A stretch of 23,793 bases of DNA from Promethearchaeota archaeon (GCA_016839745.1 JAEOTS010000096.1:1-23793), one strand, 5' to 3'. Positions 1 to 8,825 are shown, numbered from the stretch's first letter. Numbers and translations: made by a program. Notes: generated from the sequence alone by a model not told the origin.

Positions 1-885
1 GAATTTAAACACGCCTTCCTCCAAAGATCCTTCAATACCTTCGTCAACTAATTCGTAAATAAGATTTTCAGCGTCTTCGCTTGCGCGATTAAGTGCCTGA
101 GCAAGTTTTTCGATTGGTAAACTATTTTGTAGTTTAATCAGACCCCTAACTCTCTTTTTAATTCGGTCTTTATCGCTTGAATTTGCTTTAGCACTTGAAG
201 TGGATAAATCGATTTTAATTTTAGGTTTACCTTTTTTCCCCTTAAACTCACGCTCTAATTTATCTCCCAATCCCTCTAAATCACCTAATTCTTCTAAAAG
301 TCCTTCTTCAAGCCTCTCTCCAAATTCTTCTAGTTTTGAGAGGTCACCAATGTTGTTTTTCACGAATTTCATCGATTTTCGAATCAATTCCGATACTGAG
401 GAGCCTAACTCTTCCGACCAATTCCTCCACTCATCGCTGGTATCTTCGTCAACTGAGATATTAATTCGTTTTGCTGCCTTTTTCTGTGCTTTTTCTAGTT
501 TTTTTCGCATTTTATCTCGGTATTTCTCTTTTTGTTTTTCTGTTTTAGACCTTACTTGCTCAAGTTTCTCTCTAGCATGCTCAATTTGCTCTTTTGCATT
601 CTCTCCTAAGGACTCTAAATCTTTGGTGGTATCCCCAATTTCACGTAATAAATAATTCCTCTCATCTTGTAAATCCTGTAATTCTTCTATTAATTCTTCT
701 TTAATATCTTCTTTAGTATCCGTTAAATCTTCCATTTCATCCTTAAAATCTTCGTGTAGGTCTGCAAGTTCCTCCATAAGCTCATCTTTAATGTCTTCTA
801 ACTCGTATGTTATATTTCTCCTTATCCTTTCTAACTCCTTCTCATTTTTATTGTTTTCATTATTATTTCCTGGTTCCTTATACAT
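1..885 (-). CDS. Partial (3' end beyond window) acidic coiled-coil + ribbon-helix-helix + PCI-like winged-helix protein, >=295 aa
   Basis: Not in the ORF track. Hand translation from the ATG at 885 (SD GGAGGA at 891-896) stays open to base 1: MYKEPGNNNENNKNEKELERIRRNITYELEDIKDELMEELADL...KRINISVDEDTSDEWRNWSEELGSSVSELIRKSMKFVKN...SLPIEKLAQALNRASEDAENLIYELVDEGIEGSLEEGVFKF. Domain calls are by motif resemblance. Confidence 0.88.
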   Translation of the reverse strand, partial: MYKEPGNNNENNKNEKELERIRRNITYELEDIKDELMEELADLHEDFKDEMEDLTDTKEDIKEELIEELQDLQDERNYLLREIGDTTKDLESLGENAKEQIEHAREKLEQVRSKTEKQKEKYRDKMRKKLEKAQKKAAKRINISVDEDTSDEWRNWSEELGSSVSELIRKSMKFVKNNIGDLSKLEEFGERLEEGLLEELGDLEGLGDKLEREFKGKKGKPKIKIDLSTSSAKANSSDKDRIKKRVRGLIKLQNSLPIEKLAQALNRASEDAENLIYELVDEGIEGSLEEGVFKF

Positions 886-910
886 ACTTATCCTCCATTT
901 AATTCGTTAA

Positions 911-1606
911 TTATTTTTGTAATTTATTTTCGCTTATTTCGGAAATCTGAATAGGAGCTTGAGCTAAATTTGCTTTTGCGTCAATTTCAATGGTGTCAAT
1001 ATAGTAAACCTTTCCTGTAATTTCGGTCCGCTTACCAATTTTCACGTATCGACCTCTAACATCTCCTTGTACAAATGTGTTAATTATTTCAATGTCATTC
1101 GATGCAAATATATTACCAAACACTTTATAAGGGTGCTTAGAGATTTTTTTCCCACCAAATAAAGTTTGTGTCCCGATAAATACATTATTTGCTTTAATAC
1201 CCTCCCTGACTGTAATTGACCCATCAATTTCAATAGTCTCGTCTGAGTTTAATCCACCATCAACCTTAGTAGAACCTGAAAATCTCACACCTTTGTGTGC
1301 ATCAACCTTATCTCCTGCTCTTAGCGATCCAGAGTTTTCTAATACTCCTTTAACATCAATTTCCTTTCCAATTGTTGTCAAACCAGAAAATTTAGCATTC
1401 CCGTCTCCATAAAGGGCTCCGAGTATTCTGAACGACCCCGAACTTTTAACATCACCATGAACCGTTAGGTTTCCCTCTCCTCTCGCAGAACCAGAAGATC
1501 TAAAACCTAAACATTCAATATTTCCATCCATTTTAACTGAACCTGAGGCTACTATATTATCTTTAATATTCATCTCAGAGAGTTTTCCCGATCCTGATAT
1601 TTTCAT
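911..1606 (-). CDS. Polymer-forming cytoskeletal (bactofilin/CcmA, YhbE/YhbF-like) beta-helix protein
   Basis: SG(S) motif at residues 4, 21, 38, 56, 74, 92, 110 and DG at 128 (17-18 aa period); C-terminal VRGRYVKIGKRTEITGKVYY; SD GGAGG at 1616-1620. Confidence 0.8.
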   Translation of the reverse strand: MKISGSGKLSEMNIKDNIVASGSVKMDGNIECLGFRSSGSARGEGNLTVHGDVKSSGSFRILGALYGDGNAKFSGLTTIGKEIDVKGVLENSGSLRAGDKVDAHKGVRFSGSTKVDGGLNSDETIEIDGSITVREGIKANNVFIGTQTLFGGKKISKHPYKVFGNIFASNDIEIINTFVQGDVRGRYVKIGKRTEITGKVYYIDTIEIDAKANLAQAPIQISEISENKLQK

Positions 1607-1764
1607 TATTTTTTTCCTCCTTTTTTTTTCTTTTTTTTTCTTTTCTTTAGATTTGAAATGTTATTCTTGTTTTTCTGTTATTTTATTACAATACTTTTTA
1701 TTTGTGATCTTGATTTTATTGTGTATGTGTGTGCATTATAAAAAATTAAAAAAAATTTTAATAT

Positions 1765-1854
1765 TTAGTAGTTAACAAAAGAATTTGTTAAAACCTGGGA
1801 GTATATTTTGCATTTTACTTCTTTTAATCCTATTTTTTTGTTATATGTCATCAT
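1765..1854 (-). CDS. Candidate 29-aa small ORF / leader peptide (MMTYNKKIGLKEVKCKIYSQVLTNSFVNY)
   Basis: GGAGG SD 5 nt before the ATG; TAA at 1765-1767 followed by T-tracts on the minus strand; no homology evidence. Confidence 0.4.
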   Translation of the reverse strand: MMTYNKKIGLKEVKCKIYSQVLTNSFVNY

Positions 1855-1943
1855 ATTTTCCTCCAATTTATTTTTTAATTTTAATTTTTAATTTTATTTT
1901 TTTGTTTCTAATTAGTATATTATTTTTTTCATATATAAATGTT

Positions 1944-1973
1944 TGTGTATTCGTGTGTATTCGATTATGTATT
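1944..1973. promoter_or_regulatory. Tandem direct repeat TGTGTATTCG x2 plus partial TTATGTATT; putative operator
   Basis: Exact 10-bp repeats at 1944-1953 and 1954-1963, just downstream (minus strand) of a TTTAAA box at 1991-1996; related TGTGTATGTGTGTG near 1720-1733. Confidence 0.45.
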
Positions 1974-2236
1974 AATATATTTTATCCCATTTTAAACTTG
2001 CTTACAAGTCTCAAGTTTTCTAAATCTGGAAAATTCATTACCAAAACTTTTAAACAAGCTTGTTATTTTATTGAGTCAGTATGAAATAAGACAAATGTTA
2101 TATAAAAATAAAAATGGATTTCTAATTTATATATATAATTATGATTTTGCTGAATCATGGGAGATTGAAGAGTAAAATTAGTGTTAATTAGTTTTATCTA
2201 AATTAAACATATAACCAAGAAAAAATATGTATAATT

Positions 2237-4045
2237 ATGGGTAAGAATAAGCAAGTAGGTTTTTTAGAGCGTAGAAAGAGGTTTCTTAATAAGGAGTATG
2301 AAACCCCAGTCAAACAAATACTTTCTTATCTTTGGGAGTATAGGAAGCTATTTGTAGCGATTTTGATTATTGGTATGCTTCAATCAATACTTTTTTTAAC
2401 ATTTCCTCTCTTTTTAGGACCAGCCGTTGATATTTTAGTTACACCCAGTATATCGATTGTTAACATTTTTCCAATAGTTTTAACTGTTGTTCTCATACAA
2501 GGAATTGCAGGGGTTCTTTTGGGAGTCCGTACTTATCTTAATCGATGGACTGGAGCAAGAATTATCTATAATCTGAGAAATGATCTTTTTTCTACTATTC
2601 AGATAATGTCATGGTCGTGGTTTGATAAAAACAAAACTGGAGAGTTAATATCTCGCACAACAAGCGATGTGAATTTACTCAAAGAATTTCTAGGAAATAG
2701 TTTACAGTACTTTATTGGAGAGTGTGTTGCTTTTTCGTTCAGTTTTGTAGTGTTATTTATTATAAATATGGAGTTAGCTTTATTTGTTTTAATTATATCT
2801 CCTGCATTATTTTACACATTGTTGGTTTTTAGAAAGAAATTGAGACCTGTTTTTAAGAAATCACGAAAAACTTATGCAGATTTAACACATGCTGTTCAAG
2901 AAAATGTTCAAGGAATTACAGTAGTGAAATCATTTGGAAGAGAAGTCCATGAAATTAAAAAGTTTACAAAAACAAACGACGCTTATTATACAGATTCAAT
3001 GGGAATTATAAAGCTAAAAGCAATTTTTGATCCTATTATCCATCTTATTGATAATATCGCCTTCTTAATAGTAATGCTTTTTGGAGGTTTTTTAGTACTT
3101 AATAGCAGTCTTAGTTTTGGAGATTTATTTGCTTTTGTGATGGTTTTAAATTTTTCAATAGCACCATTATATTTTATATCACAATTTTTAGGAAATATGC
3201 CTGTAATCAGTGAAACATGCGAGAGGATTACTCATATCCTAAATTCTAAAATAATAGTGCAAGAAAAACAAAATGCTATTGAGTTACCTGCAATTAAGGG
3301 AGAGATTGAGTTCAAAAATGTGTATTTTACCTTTGACCAAAATAGTGATTACTATGTTTTAAAGAATATTAATTTTAAAGTTAAGCCAGGAGAAAATATT
3401 GCTATATTGGGTCCAACAGGATCAGGAAAATCTGCCCTTATCAAATTAATACCTCGGTTTTATGATGTTTCAAGAGGAGAAATTTTGATAGACGGAGTAA
3501 ATGTTAAAGATGTAACTTTCAAATCATTAAGGAAACAAATTGGTTATGTTTCCCAGGACCGGTTATTGTTTTCACGTTCTATAAAAGATAATATTGCTTT
3601 TGGAGATAAAGAAATTGATTTAGATGGTATTAAAAAAGTAGCCATAGCTTCAGATATTCATCAATTCATTGAAGAAGAATTACCAGAAAAATATAATACA
3701 TTAGTAAGTGAAAGAGGTACGACTGTATCAGGTGGACAAAAACAGAGGATTGCCATTGCTCGAGCACTTGCTATAGACCCAAAAATACTTATTCTTGACG
3801 ATGCAACCTCTTCTGTTGATGTTGACACGGAATATAGGATACAAAAGCATTTTAAGGAAGTATTCAAAGATTCAACTACTTTTCTTATAACTCAACGTTT
3901 ATCGAGTGTAAGAAATGCAGATCAAATTATTGTTTTAGAAAAAGGGGAGATTTCTCAGATAGGAACTCACGAAGAATTAATGACTCAAGATCTTGGCATA
4001 TATAAAAAGCTTTATTTAACATTAAAAGTCGAGCAGAGAGCCTAA
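2237..4045 (+). CDS. ABC exporter subunit A (TMD+NBD; MdlA/TmrAB-type heterodimer, degenerate catalytic residues)
   Basis: 6-TM domain; Walker A GPTGSGKS; signature VSGGQKQR; Walker B ILILDD (D for catalytic E); switch ITQR (Q for H). Confidence 0.95.
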   Translation: MGKNKQVGFLERRKRFLNKEYETPVKQILSYLWEYRKLFVAILIIGMLQSILFLTFPLFLGPAVDILVTPSISIVNIFPIVLTVVLIQGIAGVLLGVRTYLNRWTGARIIYNLRNDLFSTIQIMSWSWFDKNKTGELISRTTSDVNLLKEFLGNSLQYFIGECVAFSFSFVVLFIINMELALFVLIISPALFYTLLVFRKKLRPVFKKSRKTYADLTHAVQENVQGITVVKSFGREVHEIKKFTKTNDAYYTDSMGIIKLKAIFDPIIHLIDNIAFLIVMLFGGFLVLNSSLSFGDLFAFVMVLNFSIAPLYFISQFLGNMPVISETCERITHILNSKIIVQEKQNAIELPAIKGEIEFKNVYFTFDQNSDYYVLKNINFKVKPGENIAILGPTGSGKSALIKLIPRFYDVSRGEILIDGVNVKDVTFKSLRKQIGYVSQDRLLFSRSIKDNIAFGDKEIDLDGIKKVAIASDIHQFIEEELPEKYNTLVSERGTTVSGGQKQRIAIARALAIDPKILILDDATSSVDVDTEYRIQKHFKEVFKDSTTFLITQRLSSVRNADQIIVLEKGEISQIGTHEELMTQDLGIYKKLYLTLKVEQRA

Positions 4046-4047
4046 AA

Positions 4048-5871
4048 ATGTGGAAGAAGAGGAAAAAGGCGGAAATGTTAAAAAAAGAGGAAGAACCTAA
4101 GGTAGGGACTTTCAAAATTATAAAGCGATTAATTAAATACGTTGGTTATACTAATAAAAAGTTGCTATATCCTCTTATGGTTTTCACCATATCTAATATT
4201 ATCATAAATTGGTTTACTCCATTAATTTTTAGGTCATTAGTTGATGATGGATTAGGTGGAGGGATTGGTGCTATTGAAGGCAATATTGAGATTGTAATGC
4301 TATTAGGTACATTTTTCTTTATTTTAACTATTGTTGGAGTATTATCACGAATTGCTCAAGGATATATTATCTCGAAATTAGCAACTTTAACAATGTATAA
4401 CTTAAGATATGAATTATTTGTAAAATTTCAAAAATTAGGATTAGATTACCATGAAAGTCCAAAACGAACGACTGGGAAAAAAATTAACTATTTAACCGGT
4501 GATATTAATACAATTCAACAATTGATTCAATCAGGACTTTTAATTTCATTAAGCAATATTTTCTTAATTTTGGGCGCTTTATTCTTTATGATATTACTGA
4601 GTCCTACTTTAACACTAGTTTCGTTTTTGATTGTTCCTCTATTTTTTGGAATTGCTGGAGTTCTAATAAGAAAAGCAAAAAAATATTTTAAGGAATTAAG
4701 AGAAAGAATTGCTACTGTGACGAGTACATTAGATGAATCAATTATGGGAATGCGGATTATACAATCATTTGCAGAAGAAGAAAGCAATCTTAAAGAGTTT
4801 AATGAGGCAACTGAATTAGAAAAACAGACAACTATGAAAACCGCTAAATTAATGGCATATATCCCTGGAATTGTTATTATAATTATAGCCTTAGGAATTA
4901 GTTCAGTATTATTTACATCCGGTATTTTGATACGTGAAGGAACCTTAACCCAAGGAACCTTAATTGCGTTTGTTTTTTACCTCTTCTCGTTTTTTGAACC
5001 ATTATTTTCATTTATGGGTTTTATGACTCTATTACAAAACTCCTTAGCAGCAGGTTCAAGAATAATTCGAATTTTAGACGAAAATCTCTCTATTAATGAA
5101 AAAGAAAATGCTATTGAAATTCAAAATATTAAGGGCAGAATAGAGTATAATAATGTAAACTTTTCCTATGAAGAAGGTATTCCAATTTTGAAAAATATTG
5201 ATATCAAAATTAATGCTAAGGAAAGATTAGCTTTAGTCGGATATACTGGGGCTGGAAAAAGTACATTCATCAAACTATTAAGTAGATTTTATGATCCTAC
5301 AGATGGTGAGATAAAAATTGATGGTTTCAATCTAAAGAATCTGAAAATTAAAAGTTTAAGAAATAAATTGGGGATCGTCCTACAAGATAATTTTCTGTTT
5401 TCCGGAACTATTAAAGAAAATATTAGATATGGAAAATTGGATGCCACTGATGAAGAAATAATAGAAACTGCTAAAAAAGTAAGGGTTCATGAATATATAA
5501 TGGAGCTTAGAGAGGGTTATGACACGATTGTTGGTGAAAGAGGAAGTAGATTATCCGAAGGTCAAAAACAATTAATCGCATTTGCCAGAGCGTTAATAAC
5601 AGATCCCCCCATCCTAATATTAGATGAAGCTACTTCATCAATTGACCCGTATAGTGAACTTTTAATTCAACAAGCTTTAGAAACTTTAATGAAAGGACGC
5701 ACGAGTATATCAATAGCTCATAGATTATCTACAATAATTAATTCAGACCGAATAATTGTGTTAGATAAAGGTCAAATCATAGAGCAAGGTTCACATCAAG
5801 AATTGGTTGAAATGGATGGCTTTTATAATCAATTATATAGAATGCAGTTTAAAGATCCGTTTAAAAAATAA
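4048..5871 (+). CDS. ABC exporter subunit B (TMD+NBD; MdlB-type)
   Basis: Walker A GYTGAGKS; degenerate signature LSEGQKQ; canonical LDEATSSID and IAHRLS; starts 2 bp after the partner gene. Confidence 0.95.
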   Translation: MWKKRKKAEMLKKEEEPKVGTFKIIKRLIKYVGYTNKKLLYPLMVFTISNIIINWFTPLIFRSLVDDGLGGGIGAIEGNIEIVMLLGTFFFILTIVGVLSRIAQGYIISKLATLTMYNLRYELFVKFQKLGLDYHESPKRTTGKKINYLTGDINTIQQLIQSGLLISLSNIFLILGALFFMILLSPTLTLVSFLIVPLFFGIAGVLIRKAKKYFKELRERIATVTSTLDESIMGMRIIQSFAEEESNLKEFNEATELEKQTTMKTAKLMAYIPGIVIIIIALGISSVLFTSGILIREGTLTQGTLIAFVFYLFSFFEPLFSFMGFMTLLQNSLAAGSRIIRILDENLSINEKENAIEIQNIKGRIEYNNVNFSYEEGIPILKNIDIKINAKERLALVGYTGAGKSTFIKLLSRFYDPTDGEIKIDGFNLKNLKIKSLRNKLGIVLQDNFLFSGTIKENIRYGKLDATDEEIIETAKKVRVHEYIMELREGYDTIVGERGSRLSEGQKQLIAFARALITDPPILILDEATSSIDPYSELLIQQALETLMKGRTSISIAHRLSTIINSDRIIVLDKGQIIEQGSHQELVEMDGFYNQLYRMQFKDPFKK

Positions 5872-5959
5872 GAATTGACAAATTAGTAAGATTTAAATCA
5901 TTTTTAAGCATAATAAACAATGCTAAATCTAATTAAAAATAAAATTAAATTACCCAAAG

Positions 5960-6295
5960 GTGAGAATTATGGTTTTGGTTGTATCTACCTCTTGGTTTCC
6001 AACAAGTAAATCCGCTGAAGTAGGGAAAAAATATCTTGAAGTCTTGAAACAATTTCCACCTGATAAAACTATATCTAAAGTTATTGTACGCGTAGGCGTG
6101 AGAACAACTCCGGAAGGAATGAAAGCCTTTACGATTTCTGAAGTAAAAGAAGGGAAATTAAAGGAATTCATGAATCTAGCCTATAAACAAATACTTATGT
6201 ACTCTGAAATTGAGGGATATAGAAACGATATGGAATTTTACATGTCAGGAGCAGAGGCATTACCACTTGTAGGACTTGAAATGCCTGAATTATAG
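5960..6295 (+). CDS. Small soluble hypothetical protein (alpha/beta; start probably ATG 5969)
   Basis: Protein-like composition with alternating strand/helix pattern; followed by T-tracts at about 6310-6338. Confidence 0.75.
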   Translation: MRIMVLVVSTSWFPTSKSAEVGKKYLEVLKQFPPDKTISKVIVRVGVRTTPEGMKAFTISEVKEGKLKEFMNLAYKQILMYSEIEGYRNDMEFYMSGAEALPLVGLEMPEL

Positions 6296-6506
6296 ATCAA
6301 AAATAATTATTTTTTTTTAATAATAATGAATTTTTTTTCAAAGGAGCTTGAAGAGAATAATTTCTAAATAATATTGTGAGAATTATCAATTGTTTTAATT
6401 TCTAAAATCCCTTTTTTTTTAATTTCTTATGCTTTAAAATGTGATATAAAAGGAAATTTAAAGAAGAAAAAAAATTCAATCTTATTATAAATTAAGCTTA
6501 AATGAG

Positions 6507-6659
6507 TTATTTTTTTGCTTTTAATATAGTATAGAGCATAGCAACAGCAATTAGAATCAATGCAATAATTGTTGTGATTGTAACTGTCAAATTATAGCCA
6601 AGTTGTTTGAGAAATAGGTTCGTTTCATTTTTGGTTAGATAGAATTGTTTTAAAAACAT
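6507..6659 (-). pseudogene. Fragment paralogous to the last TM helix of the TspO-like gene (50-codon ORF)
   Basis: Translates MFLKQFYLTKNETNLFLKQLGYNLTVTITTIIALILIAVAMLYTILKAKK*; aligns without gaps to IFLQQSVSNLTIATTAIIALVIIAAGILFTIIRARK* of 7799..8584. Confidence 0.7.
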
Positions 6660-6678
6660 TATCGATATCCAAATTTTT

Positions 6679-6691
6679 AAAAAAAAAAAAA
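6679..6691 (-). terminator. Oligo-T (T13) archaeal terminator after schizorhodopsin
   Basis: 13 consecutive A on the + strand, about 20 nt past the stop codon. Confidence 0.55.
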
Positions 6692-6711
6692 GAAAATTAA
6701 ATCAAAATTTT

Positions 6712-7320
6712 TTATTTTTCAGCAAATTTTAATGTTGTATGTATTCCAAAATAGACCTTAGTGATCAAGTCAAGGATTAAGTAGATTAGAGCAGTCCAGA
6801 AAGAATTCAAAACCATAAATGCTGCAGGTGATAATAACCAGACTAAAGGGAACCCAGACCAAAATACAACGACAAAAGCAAATATGAAATTCTGTTCAGA
6901 GCGATTTTTTCCAATATGAAACAGTATATATATATAAGCTAGAGAGCTTAGTGCGAAAAAGAGCCATTTCACAGGAGTTTGTGTGATACTTGCTAATAAT
7001 CCAGTTACCATTACTATTATGTTAAATACTATAATTTCCATTGTTGTTCTAATATCTATCTCCAGAATCTTTGAAATTTCAAACATCAAGAATGAACAAC
7101 TCATCGCATAGAACGCCCATCTTGTCCAGTATATTAAATCTCCACTTAATGCTGTGATTACACCTAATTCACTCACCATCAAAATATAAGAAGCAATTGT
7201 AACAAAATTTACAATCAAATTGAGCGAAGCAACTTCAGAATTCTTCTTTTTTAAAACAAGAAACAAAAAACTGGTAAAGGAAAATAATCCTATTCCTATG
7301 TAAAAAATAATTTCCTCCAT
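6712..7320 (-). CDS. Schizorhodopsin (SzR), predicted light-driven inward H+ pump
   Basis: 202 aa, 7 TM. Helix C YWTRWAFYAMSCSFLMFE gives R67, F70, S74, C75, E81 (FSE motif). Helix F W154/P158/W161. Helix G DLITK gives D184 and retinal-binding K188. Numbering matches characterised Asgard SzRs as I recall it. Confidence 0.93.
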   Translation of the reverse strand: MEEIIFYIGIGLFSFTSFLFLVLKKKNSEVASLNLIVNFVTIASYILMVSELGVITALSGDLIYWTRWAFYAMSCSFLMFEISKILEIDIRTTMEIIVFNIIVMVTGLLASITQTPVKWLFFALSSLAYIYILFHIGKNRSEQNFIFAFVVVFWSGFPLVWLLSPAAFMVLNSFWTALIYLILDLITKVYFGIHTTLKFAEK

Positions 7321-7346
7321 AATATTATCTATTCAAACTATACCAC

Positions 7347-7354
7347 TATTTAAA
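7347..7354 (-). promoter_or_regulatory. TATA box (TTTAAATA) of a probably leaderless or short-leader SzR transcript
   Basis: Ends 26 nt upstream of the ATG at 7320; no SD motif. Confidence 0.5.
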
Positions 7355-7436
7355 ATTAACCTCTTTATTTGATAAATTGGAGAATATTGATACTTTTTTA
7401 ATTAAAGACTCAATCATCACATTATTAATATATTTT

Positions 7437-7697
7437 CTATGTAGTATTGATTCTCCTCTTTGAAAAGTTAAAAGCAATTGTTATCAGAATTATACCTATA
7501 ATAAGAAAACTCATTGAATTGAAAGCCTCTACAGCTTCAGCTCTCCAAAAAATATCGTTATCTACTAAATCTGGCATAAATCCTTGAATGTAATGAAAAT
7601 TTATTTCGCTTATAAAAGACAAGGCGATTAATAAAATACCTGTGTAAAGAATGACTTTTTCAGCACTAGTGAATCTCTTAATTTTATTTCCGCTCAT
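7437..7697 (-). CDS. Small 2-TM membrane protein, unknown function
   Basis: Two hydrophobic segments with basic termini flanking an acidic loop (DLVDNDIFWRAEAVEAF). Confidence 0.7.
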   Translation of the reverse strand: MSGNKIKRFTSAEKVILYTGILLIALSFISEINFHYIQGFMPDLVDNDIFWRAEAVEAFNSMSFLIIGIILITIAFNFSKRRINTT

Positions 7698-7798
7698 AAT
7701 TCACTTATTATATTTTTTTTAGCTTAAATTTTTTTATATAAATTAAAAGAAGTGGAAAAAAAAAAAATTAATTTCGTATTTTAAAAGTCAAAAATTTG

Positions 7799-8584
7799 TT
7801 ATTTTCTGGCTCTAATTATTGTAAAGAGTATACCAGCGGCGATTATAACTAGTGCAATTATAGCAGTGGTTGCAATTGTGAGGTTAGAAACCGACTGTTG
7901 GAGAAATATTCCAAGAACTGCCCATAACACAACTAAGCTATAAGTATAGTCTTTCCTTATATACAAGATTGCAAGAGTAATTAATACGGCAACGGAAATC
8001 ACGGTAATTGTTAAAATTTCTGCTAAAATTCCCCCATATTCTACTCCAGCACTAACTAAAACAGCTGTCACATTTGCGATTGTAGCGACCGTTATCCATC
8101 CAAGATAAATACTAAAAGGTACATGAACAAACCATTTCTCACGCGTGCTAACCTTAGTTTTTCCAATTTCAAGTCTTAGATATATTCCTACTAAAGAGAG
8201 CAAGATACCTAACATTGCAAATATTGAAAGGTATATTAATCCATAGTGCCAGAATAAAATCCAAATTGAATTGGCAATATTGCTCAAAATAAATAAGTAG
8301 CTTATTTTATCGAGAAACGCCATTTCAACCTTTTCTTGTTTGAACACATCGCGAATTTGATATACAACGAAAATTCCCAGGAATAAATAAATTACGCCCC
8401 ATATGCTAAAAGTTATACCAGCAGGGACAAATAAATTTGGATACAAAGAAGATATATATCCTGTGTCTCCTAGACCTAAAGGTATTAAGGTTGCAGCATA
8501 ATTGATTACTATGGTTAACACTAATGTTATAATATTCAGTGCCTGTAATACTAGTTTCTTTTTATCTGAAGTCATTTTATTCAC
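7799..8584 (-). CDS. TspO/MBR-related tryptophan-rich sensory protein (long, about 8-TM form)
   Basis: Motifs YPNLFVPAGITFSIWGVIY, ANSIWILFWH, PFSIYLGWITVATIAN; start may be ATG 8575. Confidence 0.8.
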   Translation of the reverse strand: MNKMTSDKKKLVLQALNIITLVLTIVINYAATLIPLGLGDTGYISSLYPNLFVPAGITFSIWGVIYLFLGIFVVYQIRDVFKQEKVEMAFLDKISYLFILSNIANSIWILFWHYGLIYLSIFAMLGILLSLVGIYLRLEIGKTKVSTREKWFVHVPFSIYLGWITVATIANVTAVLVSAGVEYGGILAEILTITVISVAVLITLAILYIRKDYTYSLVVLWAVLGIFLQQSVSNLTIATTAIIALVIIAAGILFTIIRARK

Positions 8585-8825
8585 ATATTATTGTTTATTG
8601 AAAATTAGGATTTACTTATTAAAAAAAAAGTATCTTAAGTATATTTTACTTATGTTTATAAATTAAACATAGATGATGTACGGCTATTATATATTATTTT
8701 AAGTATAGTTGATAAGATAATAAATTATGAAATTTATAAACGGTGCGTTAGTACAACTTCTCTAATTGATGAAAGGTAGTAATCCCTAAAAATTATTAAA
8801 AATAAAAAATAAAATTTGGATATAT

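Noticed and set aside
200-655. 151-aa Ser/Phe-rich + strand ORF
   Set aside because: Antisense shadow of the Glu/Lys-rich minus-strand gene 1..885, which has an SD motif and recognisable domains
1785-2084. 99-aa hydrophobic + strand ORF
   Set aside because: Its hydrophobicity comes from T-rich intergenic sequence; TTG start without SD; overlaps the divergent promoter region
2237-5871. Degenerate Walker B, switch and signature motifs in the ABC pair
   Set aside because: This is the normal asymmetry of heterodimeric exporters, not inactivation or novelty
3661-6171. Short antisense ORFs 3661..3867, 3927..4115, 4527..4787, 5950..6171
   Set aside because: They lie opposite better-supported genes and have no motifs
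6712-7320. Alternative call as heliorhodopsin, bacteriorhodopsin or xenorhodopsin
   Set aside because: Helix C motif is FSE rather than ESL, DTD or DTA/DSA, and helix G is DxxxK rather than the SxxxK of heliorhodopsins
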